Origin: Elusimicrobiota bacterium
GTDB taxonomy: Bacteria; Elusimicrobiota; UBA8919
Length of the DNA: 24,196 nt
Assembly (NCBI GenBank): GCA_043816185.1
Contig: JBDRIG010000007.1
Span: forward strand, 1 to 24,196
Direction of reading: 5' to 3'
Below the pieces are notes generated by a model. The model made no database searches, had not been told where the DNA came from, and saw only the letters and a list, made by a program, of their open reading frames with translations. The position numbers and the translations under genes are program-made. This document shows, in pieces, positions 1-8,380 of this stretch. The stretch's first letter is position 1. The number at the start of each line of letters is the position of its first letter.

Positions 1-1
1 T

Positions 2-892
2 GGCAGTGCAAATTTTAGTGCTTCTGCTTCGTCTATGGCAACGCAAGTGCAGTTTTATGTGGACAATGTGCTGAAAAATACAGATTATGGTTCACCATAC
101 AGTTGGTCTTGGAATACAACCACATATTTAAATGGCACACACACACTCAAAGTGATAGCGGTTGATAGCTCAAGTCAAACGGCAACAGACCAGATTTCGG
201 TTACGGTTTTAAATAGCAGTGGTACGGTTGATAATAGTAGTGGTACGATTGACAATCTGCCGACGGTGGCTATTTTAACGCCTGCTAATGGCGCTACGGG
301 TTCTGGTAATATATATATTGCTGCCACTGCTTCTGATGATATTGGAATAATTCAAGTTGCGATATATATTGACGATGTACTGAAAAAGACATATTATGGT
401 CTTAACATCACAAGTGCACCATATAGTTATTCTTGGAATACAACGGCATATTCAAATGCAGCACACACACTCAAAGTGATAGCGGTTGATAGTTCAAGTC
501 AAACGGCAACAGCACAAATAAATGTAACGGTTTCCAACAACTACACAATCATAAGTTCAACGCCAACAGATATTGGAATTAGTGCAGAAATTAGTCCAAC
601 TAAAACCGTTATTAATCCTGAAAAAGGGCAGGAGACAAAAATTAATTTTGAGGTAGGAGGAACAACCACCACCACTCAATCGGGTGGGATAGTTCATGTT
701 ACAATAGCAATATACAATGCAAGAGGCGAACTTGTTAAAACGCTTATTGACCAAGATATGCCTGTTGGTGGGTATCAAGCGATGTGGAATGGTAGAAATT
801 TTGAAGAAGATATTGTAGCAAGTGGTGTCTATATAGTTAGATTAAGAGCGGGGAATTCTTCGGCAAGTAAAAAAATTGTGGTTATTAAATAG
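2..892 (+). CDS. 5'-partial secreted protein with tandem bacterial Ig-like domains and a C-terminal FlgD-Ig / T9SS-sorting-like domain
   Basis: Frame is open from base 2 (GSANFSASASSM...), so the true start lies upstream. Two Ig-like repeats (PYSWSWNTT..NGTHTLKVIAVD). C-terminus VTIAIYNARGELVKTL...WNGRN...VASGVYIVRL...KKIVVIK is typical of FlgD-Ig/CTD. Confidence 0.8.
   Translation, partial: GSANFSASASSMATQVQFYVDNVLKNTDYGSPYSWSWNTTTYLNGTHTLKVIAVDSSSQTATDQISVTVLNSSGTVDNSSGTIDNLPTVAILTPANGATGSGNIYIAATASDDIGIIQVAIYIDDVLKKTYYGLNITSAPYSYSWNTTAYSNAAHTLKVIAVDSSSQTATAQINVTVSNNYTIISSTPTDIGISAEISPTKTVINPEKGQETKINFEVGGTTTTTQSGGIVHVTIAIYNARGELVKTLIDQDMPVGGYQAMWNGRNFEEDIVASGVYIVRLRAGNSSASKKIVVIK
93..512 (+). 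repeat. Intragenic near-identical ~96-bp direct repeat (93-188 vs 417-512, offset 324 nt), plus a 21-bp tandem duplication at 212-253
   Basis: caccata...cacacactcaaagtgatagcggttgatag.tcaagtcaaacggcaacag occurs twice. NSSGTVD/NSSGTID is encoded by two adjacent 21-mers. Confidence 0.9.
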
Positions 893-898
893 GGAGGA

Positions 899-949
899 AA
901 AAAAAGGGACGGAGGAAAATTAGTATTACTTTCCTCTGTCCCCTTTTTT
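899..949 (+). terminator. Probable intrinsic terminator or attenuating hairpin, possibly bidirectional
   Basis: aaaaagggacggaggaaa...tttcctctgtcccctttttt: long imperfect stem, A-tract before and T-tract after. Confidence 0.6.
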
Positions 950-958
950 GTTAATCTT

Positions 959-2569
959 ATGAAAAGGTTTTTGCTGATTATTTTTTTTGTTGGGTTTTAC
1001 TCAAATGTCTTTGCTTCAAGCATAAGTGGAGGAACGCTACTGAAACAATTTGTTGGTGGCCGTGCCTCATCAATGGGTGAGGCATTCGTAGCAATATCCG
1101 ACGACCTGTACGGACTTCATTACAATCCAGCAGGAATGGTTAATTTGAAACGGGATTTTACTGCCACATATTTTCAGGAGCCAGATATTGGTTTTAATTA
1201 TGGATTGTTTGGTTATGGGCAGAGTTTTAAGAAATTAGGTGTACTTGCTGGCAGTGTGTATATGTACGATGCAGGAACAATTGATTGGGAAGATGAAAAC
1301 GGGAATGCATCAAAATTAAATGTCCAGCGAGATTATCTTTTTACTTTTGGATATTCAAAAGAAATTTTAGAGGACTTTTCAGTAGGAATTAATACTAAAC
1401 TTTTTTCTTCCACAATAATAGAAAAATATCACGCTACGGCATATGGAATGGATATAGGGGGATTTTATAGTACTCCCATAAATGGACTAACTACTGGAAT
1501 AGTTATGCAGAATATAGGTACTCCAATCAAATATATAAAAAAAGCAGACCCGATGCCTACAACTTTCCGAGCGGGTATAGCATATCGACTAAGTATGCCA
1601 AGAAAAAGTAAATTAACGGTTGACTTAGATGTTGTAAAGCCAAACGATAGTGATACTAAAGAAAATGTTGGTTTTGATTACTGGGTAAATGATTTATTGA
1701 GTGTAAGAGGTGGATATAAATTTGGTTACGATTTAGAAAGTTATAGTTTGGGTTTTGGAATAAAATTGTCTGCAATTCAAATTGATTATGGTATTGTATC
1801 ACGAAAAGATTTAGGTTTTCTTCATGTTGTTTCGGTAAGTTTAGGGGAGCCGATAAAAAAAGATAGAAAAAAAACTTCATCTGCTGATGTTACAACAGCT
1901 GCATTAGAATATGTTGATATTGTAGTGCCTCCACCAGAAAAAACACGAAAAGAAAAAATAAAATTTTTGCTTGATAATGTTGACGATTTATGTAAAAAAG
2001 GATTGTATTTGGATGCATTAAAAAAAGTTAACGAATTGCTTGAGATGGATTCTACCGATAGCAACTGGCAAAAGTTAGAAATACAACTTAAAAAAATTGC
2101 TGAAATTATTCCATTTGATATAGAAAGTGGTAAGGTTCATGATTTAGTTAGGAAAAGTATTTCTGCATATTTAGGCAAAGAACAAGATGGGCGAATTGCT
2201 GTGTTAGCAATTTGTTATGCTTGGCAAACAGAACCAGAAAACAAAATTGTAATAGAAGTATTACAATTTATGAAACGAGAATATCCGAGTATGGCAAAAG
2301 AAGAAATGGCAACAGAAAAGGAAACGATTGTTGACCAAAAACTTGATTGGGCACTTGATTACACACACAATGGTGAACATAGGAAGGCAATCGCGGAATG
2401 TGAAGATATATTGGTGTTGGAGCCCGACAATGATTTAGCATTCAAAATGGCTGGTTCGGCATATTTTGCTTTGGGAAACAAGACCATGGCACGAAAAATG
2501 TGGCAACGAGCCAGAAGAGTAAATCCAAAAGACCCCGAAATAAATGGGCTTTTACGAGAAGTAAAGTAG
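959..2569 (+). CDS. PorV/PorQ-family outer-membrane beta-barrel fused to C-terminal TPR repeats
   Basis: Signal peptide, GGRASSMGEAFVAISDD..GLHYNPAG PorV-like N-terminal motif, alternating beta-strand pattern, then helical TPR-like repeats (AFKMAGSAYFALGNKTMARKMWQRA). Confidence 0.75.
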   Translation: MKRFLLIIFFVGFYSNVFASSISGGTLLKQFVGGRASSMGEAFVAISDDLYGLHYNPAGMVNLKRDFTATYFQEPDIGFNYGLFGYGQSFKKLGVLAGSVYMYDAGTIDWEDENGNASKLNVQRDYLFTFGYSKEILEDFSVGINTKLFSSTIIEKYHATAYGMDIGGFYSTPINGLTTGIVMQNIGTPIKYIKKADPMPTTFRAGIAYRLSMPRKSKLTVDLDVVKPNDSDTKENVGFDYWVNDLLSVRGGYKFGYDLESYSLGFGIKLSAIQIDYGIVSRKDLGFLHVVSVSLGEPIKKDRKKTSSADVTTAALEYVDIVVPPPEKTRKEKIKFLLDNVDDLCKKGLYLDALKKVNELLEMDSTDSNWQKLEIQLKKIAEIIPFDIESGKVHDLVRKSISAYLGKEQDGRIAVLAICYAWQTEPENKIVIEVLQFMKREYPSMAKEEMATEKETIVDQKLDWALDYTHNGEHRKAIAECEDILVLEPDNDLAFKMAGSAYFALGNKTMARKMWQRARRVNPKDPEINGLLREVK

Positions 2570-2599
2570 TGCGATTTTATAACGAACAAGTTCAATGTG

Positions 2600-2962
2600 T
2601 TAGTGCAACACCGTGTCTATTTTTTTGCTCACAGTACACTTGCCTTCAAGAACAGCACCTTCCTGAATAGAGAGCGTTTGTGCTTCTATATTGCCTACAA
2701 CCCTGGCAGTTGAAAAAAGTTCAAGTGTATTTAAGACAGTAACATTACCAGAGACCTCGCCACCAACTGCAACATCTTCAGCGTTCAGATTGCCTCCAAC
2801 CTTTCCAGTTTTTCCAACGATAACTCCGGTGGCTTTCAATATGTGCCCGAGAATTTCACCGTCCACACGAATGGTTCCATCGGATGTGATATCGCCTTCC
2901 ACTTTAGTACCTTTTGCGATGATGGTTTCAATTTTTCCGATTGTTTCTTTTTTCCCGAACAT
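2600..2962 (-). CDS. Bactofilin (polymer-forming cytoskeletal protein, CcmA family)
   Basis: TIIAKGTKVEGDI..DGTIRVDGEILG...V.GNI....LSIQEGAVLEGKC beta-helix pattern; GGAGG SD upstream. Confidence 0.92.
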   Translation of the reverse strand: MFGKKETIGKIETIIAKGTKVEGDITSDGTIRVDGEILGHILKATGVIVGKTGKVGGNLNAEDVAVGGEVSGNVTVLNTLELFSTARVVGNIEAQTLSIQEGAVLEGKCTVSKKIDTVLH

Positions 2963-2974
2963 TTTTACCTCCGG

Positions 2975-3054
2975 ATAGAGTTTATAGAGTTATTGGGTTG
3001 TAGAGTTGTCCGTGGTTTTAACTCAACAAACTCAACAAACCCAATAACCCTACA
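2975..3054. repeat. Inverted tandem array of degenerate 8-9-mers
   Basis: atagagttt atagagtt attgggtt gtagagtt faces aactcaaca aactcaaca aacccaat aaccctac. Confidence 0.75.
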
Positions 3055-3060
3055 TCGCTT

Positions 3061-3972
3061 TTATTTTAATATTGCTTCTGTTAGATATTTTTCCGGATTT
3101 TGTGCACGACCATTTTTCCATATTTCATAGTGAATATGAGGAGCTGTTGCACAACCAGTAGAACCGACGAGCCCAATTGTCTGACCTCTTTTAACTTTCT
3201 GCCCATGTTTTACAAGAATCTTTGAGCAATGTCCATATCTCGTAATAAAACCACATCCGTGCTCAACAACAATAAGTTTCCCGTAGCCCGGCTGCCAATC
3301 GGCAAGTTTTACCTCACCGTCGGCGGGAGATTTTATAGGGTCGCCTCTGTCCGCGGCAATATCAATAGCAAGATGCATTTCTTTATATCCATTTATCGGG
3401 TGAATACGGGGACCGAAATTGCAGGTTATTCTTCCATAACAGGGCCATCGGCTTGGTGTTGCCAACCATCTCGATTTTTCAGATTTTATGAACTCGCTTG
3501 AGTTGTCAAAACTTTTTTTGAGTTCCTGCGTTTCTGCCGTGAGGGCAAATAGATGCTGATTGAACTCTTGCGGAGTGATTGAAGGTTTTTTTTCAGATAG
3601 ATATTTTGTGATTCTCTCAAGTTCGCCGACGGTAGGCCCACCTGACAGAATAATCGCTTTTTTGCTTTTAAGCCCGAGCATTTTTCTTATTTCCCTGTCA
3701 ATCTCTCTCAAATTGTCAGCCATCTGTCTTGTCTGAAGCATTTCTTTTGCAAAATATTCCGTCTCTTTTATGAGAATCTTGTTTTCCGTTTTCATCGCCC
3801 AGTAGTCAATCTGTTTGTGAATAATAACTCCAGCCCAAACCACAATCCCCAAAAAAATAAAAAACAGCGAGGCAAGAAACTCTTTTGAAACATCAAAAGT
3901 AATCGTCTTTGATGCTGAATGTGGCACTATCATCACCGTCAGCATTTTGTGTCTTGTTTTTTTTATTCTCAT
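3061..3972 (-). CDS. M23 family metallo-endopeptidase with N-terminal TM helix and coiled coil
   Basis: HLAID (HxxxD) and PHIHYE (HxH) zinc motifs, GYGKLIVVEHG..FITRYGH, TM segment near the N-terminus. Confidence 0.93.
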   Translation of the reverse strand: MRIKKTRHKMLTVMIVPHSASKTITFDVSKEFLASLFFIFLGIVVWAGVIIHKQIDYWAMKTENKILIKETEYFAKEMLQTRQMADNLREIDREIRKMLGLKSKKAIILSGGPTVGELERITKYLSEKKPSITPQEFNQHLFALTAETQELKKSFDNSSEFIKSEKSRWLATPSRWPCYGRITCNFGPRIHPINGYKEMHLAIDIAADRGDPIKSPADGEVKLADWQPGYGKLIVVEHGCGFITRYGHCSKILVKHGQKVKRGQTIGLVGSTGCATAPHIHYEIWKNGRAQNPEKYLTEAILK

Positions 3973-4010
3973 AAAATCCTCCGATAAAAGATAAATCGCT
4001 ATCCATTACA

Positions 4011-4039
4011 AGTATAAAAAAAAATTTCTGTTTTGTCAA
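4011..4039 (-). promoter_or_regulatory. sigma70-type promoter for the M23-bactofilin operon
   Basis: Minus strand reads TTGACA-17 bp-TATACT. Confidence 0.7.
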
Positions 4040-4048
4040 GAATTTTTG

Positions 4049-4077
4049 TTGATTTTTGTAAAGAAAACTGATAAAAT
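4049..4077 (+). promoter_or_regulatory. sigma70-type promoter (extended -10) for valS
   Basis: TTGATT-17 bp-TAAAAT preceded by TGn; ATG follows after 8 nt. Confidence 0.55.
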
Positions 4078-4085
4078 ACAATATC

Positions 4086-7052
4086 ATGGAAATTTCTAAA
4101 ATTTACGAACCGAAAGAAGTAGAAGCAAAATGGCTGAAAGAATGGGAAGAAAAAAAACTTTTTCATTCAGAGATAGATAGCCAAAAAATTCCATTTACTG
4201 TTGTCATTCCGCCACCGAATGTTACTGGCTCACTTCACATCGGACACGCCTTAAACAATCTTTTGCAGGATATAATTATTCGTTTCAAAAGAATGAATGG
4301 TTTTAATGCTTGCTGGGTACCCGGTACTGATCACGGTGGAATCGCCACTCAAAATGTTATTGAAAAGGAATTAAAAAAGAACGGCAAAAAACGAGATGAT
4401 TTTACAAGAGAAGAATTCACAAAAATTATGGTGGATTGGGCGCAAAAAACCAGCAGCACAATTTTAAGTCAATTAAAAAAAATGGGATGCTCGTGCGACT
4501 GGGATAAAACCGCATTTACGATGGACGAAAAGCGGGCAAAAGCAGTTAATTATGCATTCATCAAACTTTATGAAAAAGGACTAATTTATAGAGACACCAG
4601 ATTTGTTGATTGGTGTCCAAGATGCGAAACGGCATTAAACGAAAGTGAGGTTGAGCAGGAAGATGAAAAAGGCAAACTTTGGTATATTAAATATCCGATA
4701 GAAGTGGGATGTAGCGGTGAGATTGCTATCCCATCTTTCTTACACGATTTTATCACTGTCGCTACAACCCGCCCTGAAACAATGCTTGGCGACACTGCTG
4801 TCGCCGTAAATCCAAACGACGAAAGATATAAAGATCTTATAGGCAAAAATGTCATACTGCCATTAGTCAATCGCATAATTCCGATAATTGCTGACGAAAC
4901 GGTTGATATGAAATTCGGAACCGGAGCAGTAAAGATTACGCCTTCACACGACCTCAACGACGACGCTATGGCAAAAAGGCATAATCTCATCTACATAGGT
5001 GTAATTGACAAAAAAGCAAAAATCACATCAAATATAATGCTTGATTTAAAAAAGGAGTTGATAAAAGATAGTGAGGTCGCAGACATAGTTGGAAAAGACA
5101 GAGACGAAGCAAGAAAAATTCTAATAGAGCGATTAGAAGAAAAACAATTTTTAGAAAAAGAAGAAAATTACACGGGTCCCAAAAAAAGATGTTATCGTTG
5201 TAATACAATTGTTGAATCGTTTAATTCCGAGCAATGGTTTCTGAAAATGTCAGATATGGCAAAGAGGGCAATAGATGCTGCGAAAAATGGGGAAACAAAA
5301 TTTTTTCCAGATAAGTGGCTGAAACCATATCTTTTGTGGCTTGAAAACTTAAAGGACTGGTGCATTTCTCGTCAGATATGGTGGGGGCATCGGATACCGT
5401 TATGGTACTGTTCACGAGCGAAGTCATTGCTCGTTGTTGTAGCGGCGGATGTAAATCCGCTGTCATTGCGAGAGCAAATCCCGAAGCAATCTTGTTGTTG
5501 TAGCGGCGGATGTAAATCCGCTGTCATTGCGAGAGCAAATCCCGAAGCAATCTCATTTTGTTCACCAATACCTTCTGTAGAAAAACCGGAAAAATGTCCA
5601 AATTGTGGTGATACTAATTTAACACAGGATTCAGATGTATTGGATACTTGGTTTTCGTCGGCACTTTGGCCAATGTCCGTTTTCGGCTGGGCATGTACAG
5701 ACGAGAAAGTTCGGAGTAGTGGCAAGGTTCCCATGTCTGACAGTCCCGATACATCGGGGCAACTACCAACTGATTTATCTTACTATTATCCAACAAATGT
5801 TTTAGTTACAGGGCATGAAATACTTTATCTATGGGTTGCGCGAATGATAATGATTGGGCTGGAGTTTGAAAATCAAGTGCCTTACAGTGATGTTTATATT
5901 CACGGAATTGTCAGAGATTCGCACGGCAAAAAGATGTCAAAATCGCTTGGGAATGTAATTGATCCTCTGACAATTATGGAAAAATACGGAACCGACGCTT
6001 TAAGGTTTGCTCTTGCATACCAAGGAATACCCGGCAGAGACATGCAAATTGCCGACGAAAATTTTGTAATGGCAAGAAATTTTACAAACAAACTTTGGAA
6101 TGTTTCAAGATTTGTTCTGATGAATATTGGTAACGGTTTAGAGTTTAGAGAACTTAGTTTAGAGAAAAATCAAGTAGTTATCTCTCAACTCTCAACTCTC
6201 AACTCTCAACTTGAATTAACCGATAAATGGATTTTATCAGAATTAAACCTAACAATAAAAAATGTTACGCAGGCAATAGAAAATTATAATTCAGCGGAGG
6301 CATCACGGCTTTTGTACGAATTTATCTGGTCAAAATATTGCGATTGGTATGTTGAGTTTTCAAAAATTCGGTTATACGGAACTGACGAAAAATCAAAATT
6401 AGTAACGCAAAAGGTTCATTCCGAAGTTATTGAAAACATATTAAAGCTTCTCCATCCGATAATGCCATTTATCACGGAGGAGATTTTTCAGAGTTTGCCA
6501 GGACAGAAAAAAAACATTATGGTTTCCGATTATCCGAAACTTGACGAAACAAAAATAAACGAAATCGCAGAAAGAGAAATTCAAAAAGTGATAGATATAA
6601 TCACTGCTATACGAAACATCCGTTCCGTTATGAATGTAAAATTATCAGACACTGTGGATATTGTAATAAAAATATCTTCAGAAGAAACAGAAAAAATTAT
6701 TTCTGAAAACAGACAATACATAAACTCACTCGCAAAAGTAAAAGATATAGCGTTTGTAAAAGGAGTCCATTCGGAACAAAAACCCGAACTATCAGTATCA
6801 GCGATTGTAGGAGATGTAGAAATTTTTATTATACTTTCAGGGAAAATTGACATTGAATTAGAAAAAAAACGGCTTGGGGCACAGATACTAAAAATGGAGC
6901 AGGAACTGAAAATATACGAAACCAAATTGTCTAATAAAAATTTTGTAGAAAAAGCGGATCAGAAAGTAGTGGAGGAGATTAAATACAAATATCATGAAGC
7001 GAAGGAAAAGAAAAACAAAATCGAGATAATTCTCAAAAATCTTGGAGGTTGA
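4086..7052 (+). CDS. valS: Valine--tRNA ligase with in-frame repeat-derived insertions
   Basis: PPPNVTGSLHIGH, VATTRPETMLGD, DWCISRQIWWGHRIP, DVLDTWFSS, KMSKS and a C-terminal coiled coil. Confidence 0.98.
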   Translation: MEISKIYEPKEVEAKWLKEWEEKKLFHSEIDSQKIPFTVVIPPPNVTGSLHIGHALNNLLQDIIIRFKRMNGFNACWVPGTDHGGIATQNVIEKELKKNGKKRDDFTREEFTKIMVDWAQKTSSTILSQLKKMGCSCDWDKTAFTMDEKRAKAVNYAFIKLYEKGLIYRDTRFVDWCPRCETALNESEVEQEDEKGKLWYIKYPIEVGCSGEIAIPSFLHDFITVATTRPETMLGDTAVAVNPNDERYKDLIGKNVILPLVNRIIPIIADETVDMKFGTGAVKITPSHDLNDDAMAKRHNLIYIGVIDKKAKITSNIMLDLKKELIKDSEVADIVGKDRDEARKILIERLEEKQFLEKEENYTGPKKRCYRCNTIVESFNSEQWFLKMSDMAKRAIDAAKNGETKFFPDKWLKPYLLWLENLKDWCISRQIWWGHRIPLWYCSRAKSLLVVVAADVNPLSLREQIPKQSCCCSGGCKSAVIARANPEAISFCSPIPSVEKPEKCPNCGDTNLTQDSDVLDTWFSSALWPMSVFGWACTDEKVRSSGKVPMSDSPDTSGQLPTDLSYYYPTNVLVTGHEILYLWVARMIMIGLEFENQVPYSDVYIHGIVRDSHGKKMSKSLGNVIDPLTIMEKYGTDALRFALAYQGIPGRDMQIADENFVMARNFTNKLWNVSRFVLMNIGNGLEFRELSLEKNQVVISQLSTLNSQLELTDKWILSELNLTIKNVTQAIENYNSAEASRLLYEFIWSKYCDWYVEFSKIRLYGTDEKSKLVTQKVHSEVIENILKLLHPIMPFITEEIFQSLPGQKKNIMVSDYPKLDETKINEIAEREIQKVIDIITAIRNIRSVMNVKLSDTVDIVIKISSEETEKIISENRQYINSLAKVKDIAFVKGVHSEQKPELSVSAIVGDVEIFIILSGKIDIELEKKRLGAQILKMEQELKIYETKLSNKNFVEKADQKVVEEIKYKYHEAKEKKNKIEIILKNLGG
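5433..5553 (+). repeat. Tandem duplication (period 61 nt) of a composite GTAG-REP plus GTCATTGCGAG element inside valS
   Basis: gttgttgtagcggcggatgtaaatccgctgtcattgcgagagcaaatcccgaagcaatct is identical at 5433-5492 and 5494-5553. Confidence 0.95.
6136..6210. repeat. Inverted heptamer tandem array inside valS
   Basis: gtttaga x2, gaactta, gtttaga ... ctctcaa x4. Confidence 0.9.
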
Positions 7053-7059
7053 AAAAAAA

Positions 7060-7638
7060 TTGTCAAAAAAAATTAATATTGTTCTTGCGACTCAAAATAA
7101 AGATAAAATCAAAGAAATTGAAAAGATTCTTGGCAATCAATTTACAATCATCAAATTAAAAAAATTTCCAGACATAACTGAAGACGGAGAAACACTTAAA
7201 GAAAACGCTATAAAAAAAGCAAAAGCAATTTTCGAAATTACAAAAATAACGACACTTGCCGACGATAGTGGATTGGAAGTTAAAGCACTTAAAGGAAAAC
7301 CCGGTGTCCGTTCGGCAAGGTTTGCCGGAGAAAACTGTAGTTATGCCGATAACAATAAAAAACTTCTTAAACTCTTGAAAAATGTTCCATACAAAAAACG
7401 AAAAGCAAAATTCAGGACGGTCGTTGCCATAATTTTTCCTAATGGCAGAATAAAAACAACTGAAGGTTCTGTTTCCGGCTACATCACGGTAGAAACGAAA
7501 GGCAAAAACGGTTTTGGTTACGATCCCATTTTTTATTATCCAAAATTAAAAAAAACTTTTTCTCAACTTACAACGGCACAGAAAAACGAGATAAGTCATA
7601 GGGCAATTGCCTTCAAAAAAGCAAAAAAAATAATATAG
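7060..7638 (+). CDS. rdgB: Non-canonical purine NTP pyrophosphatase (RdgB/HAM1)
   Basis: LATQNKDKIKE, ENAIKKA, ADDSGLEV, PGVRSARFAG, GFGYDPIF, SHR motif. TTG start at 7060 behind GGAGG; the ORF track starts at 7042. Confidence 0.95.
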   Translation: MSKKINIVLATQNKDKIKEIEKILGNQFTIIKLKKFPDITEDGETLKENAIKKAKAIFEITKITTLADDSGLEVKALKGKPGVRSARFAGENCSYADNNKKLLKLLKNVPYKKRKAKFRTVVAIIFPNGRIKTTEGSVSGYITVETKGKNGFGYDPIFYYPKLKKTFSQLTTAQKNEISHRAIAFKKAKKII

Positions 7639-7664
7639 ATGAAGTAGGATAGGGGTCATCTAAA

Positions 7665-8069
7665 ATGCTTCAGAGAAAAAATGTTCGTGTAACAATTTTA
7701 ATACTTGCAGAGGTCTATGAACCGACGACCAACGAACTGATAGCAAAAGGAAGATTCATTGATTTAAGTGCTGGTGGTGCACTTTTTAAAAGTGACAAAC
7801 CGATAGAAAAAGACCATCTCTATACCTTTAAGTTTGAAGTAAAAGACAGATACAAATTTATGTTTTCAGGAAAAAGCACATACTCAAAAGAAATCCCTGA
7901 TAATAGAGTCGTTGCAGGTGAAAAAAAGTGGATTACTGGCATACAGTTTCAATGCACACCACTCGAAAAAGAAAAGATGGAAAGGATAGTGGACAGTATT
8001 CATATGAATTCTTTCACCGACTTAGAAAAACTTGGTGTTTATTGGCATTTCATATTTTTTTTTGGATAA
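7665..8069 (+). CDS. Single-domain PilZ (c-di-GMP-binding) protein
   Basis: QRKNVR (RxxxR) and DLSAGG (DxSxxG) motifs, GIQF strand. Confidence 0.8.
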   Translation: MLQRKNVRVTILILAEVYEPTTNELIAKGRFIDLSAGGALFKSDKPIEKDHLYTFKFEVKDRYKFMFSGKSTYSKEIPDNRVVAGEKKWITGIQFQCTPLEKEKMERIVDSIHMNSFTDLEKLGVYWHFIFFFG

Positions 8070-8168
8070 TGATATGTGATTGAAAGTTTAACTCGTGAAC
8101 TCGTGAACACAGGAACGCACTTTTTCAGTTTTGGATGCCGTTGTCATGCCGTGTCATAATCCAAAAAT

Positions 8169-8285
8169 GTAGTTGCCGAGCTTGCTCGGCGGTAGTTGCC
8201 AATCTTGATTGGCTTTACCATCTTTTTATTAGCCGACCAAGGTCGGCAACTACAATATTATTAGCCGACCAAGGTCGGCAACTAC
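8169..8285. repeat. Cluster of four GTAG-type REP palindromes (two forward, two reverse)
   Basis: GTAGTT-GCCGAG-CTTG-CTCGGC (8169-8190), GTAGTT-GCCAAT-CTTG-ATTGGC (8192-8213), and reverse-strand GTAGTT-GCCGAC-CTTG-GTCGGC at 8232-8253 and 8264-8285. Confidence 0.9.
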
Positions 8286-8306
8286 AATTGCGACACAGTC
8301 TGTGTT

Positions 8307-8380
8307 CGGGGTGTAGCTCAGTTGGCTAGAGCGCTTGCTTTGGGAGCAAGAGGCCGCAGGTTCAAGTCCTGTCACCCCGA
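8307..8380 (+). tRNA. tRNA-Pro (TGG)
   Basis: Acceptor CGGGGTG/CACCCCG, anticodon arm CTTGC-TT TGG GA-GCAAG, GGTTCAA T-loop; CCA not encoded. Confidence 0.97.

Noticed and set aside
93..512. DGR template/variable repeat pair
   Set aside because: Both copies are in frame within one ORF, mismatches are not confined to adenines, and no reverse transcriptase is in the window.
2600..3972. M23 peptidase-bactofilin pairing as a novel system
   Set aside because: Already described as a cell-shape module (Helicobacter Csd1/CcmA, Hyphomonas LmdC/BacA).
5409..5565. Intein or self-splicing intron in valS
   Set aside because: Only ~50 codons, with no His-Asn terminus or intein blocks and no group I/II core visible.
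8055..8063. Phase-variable T9 tract at the end of the PilZ gene
   Set aside because: It lies in the last codons after the complete domain, and homopolymers are common in this AT-rich DNA.
8169..8285. CRISPR array
   Set aside because: Units are in both orientations, the intervening sequences are 1-18 nt rather than spacer-sized, and no cas genes are present. It fits REPs.
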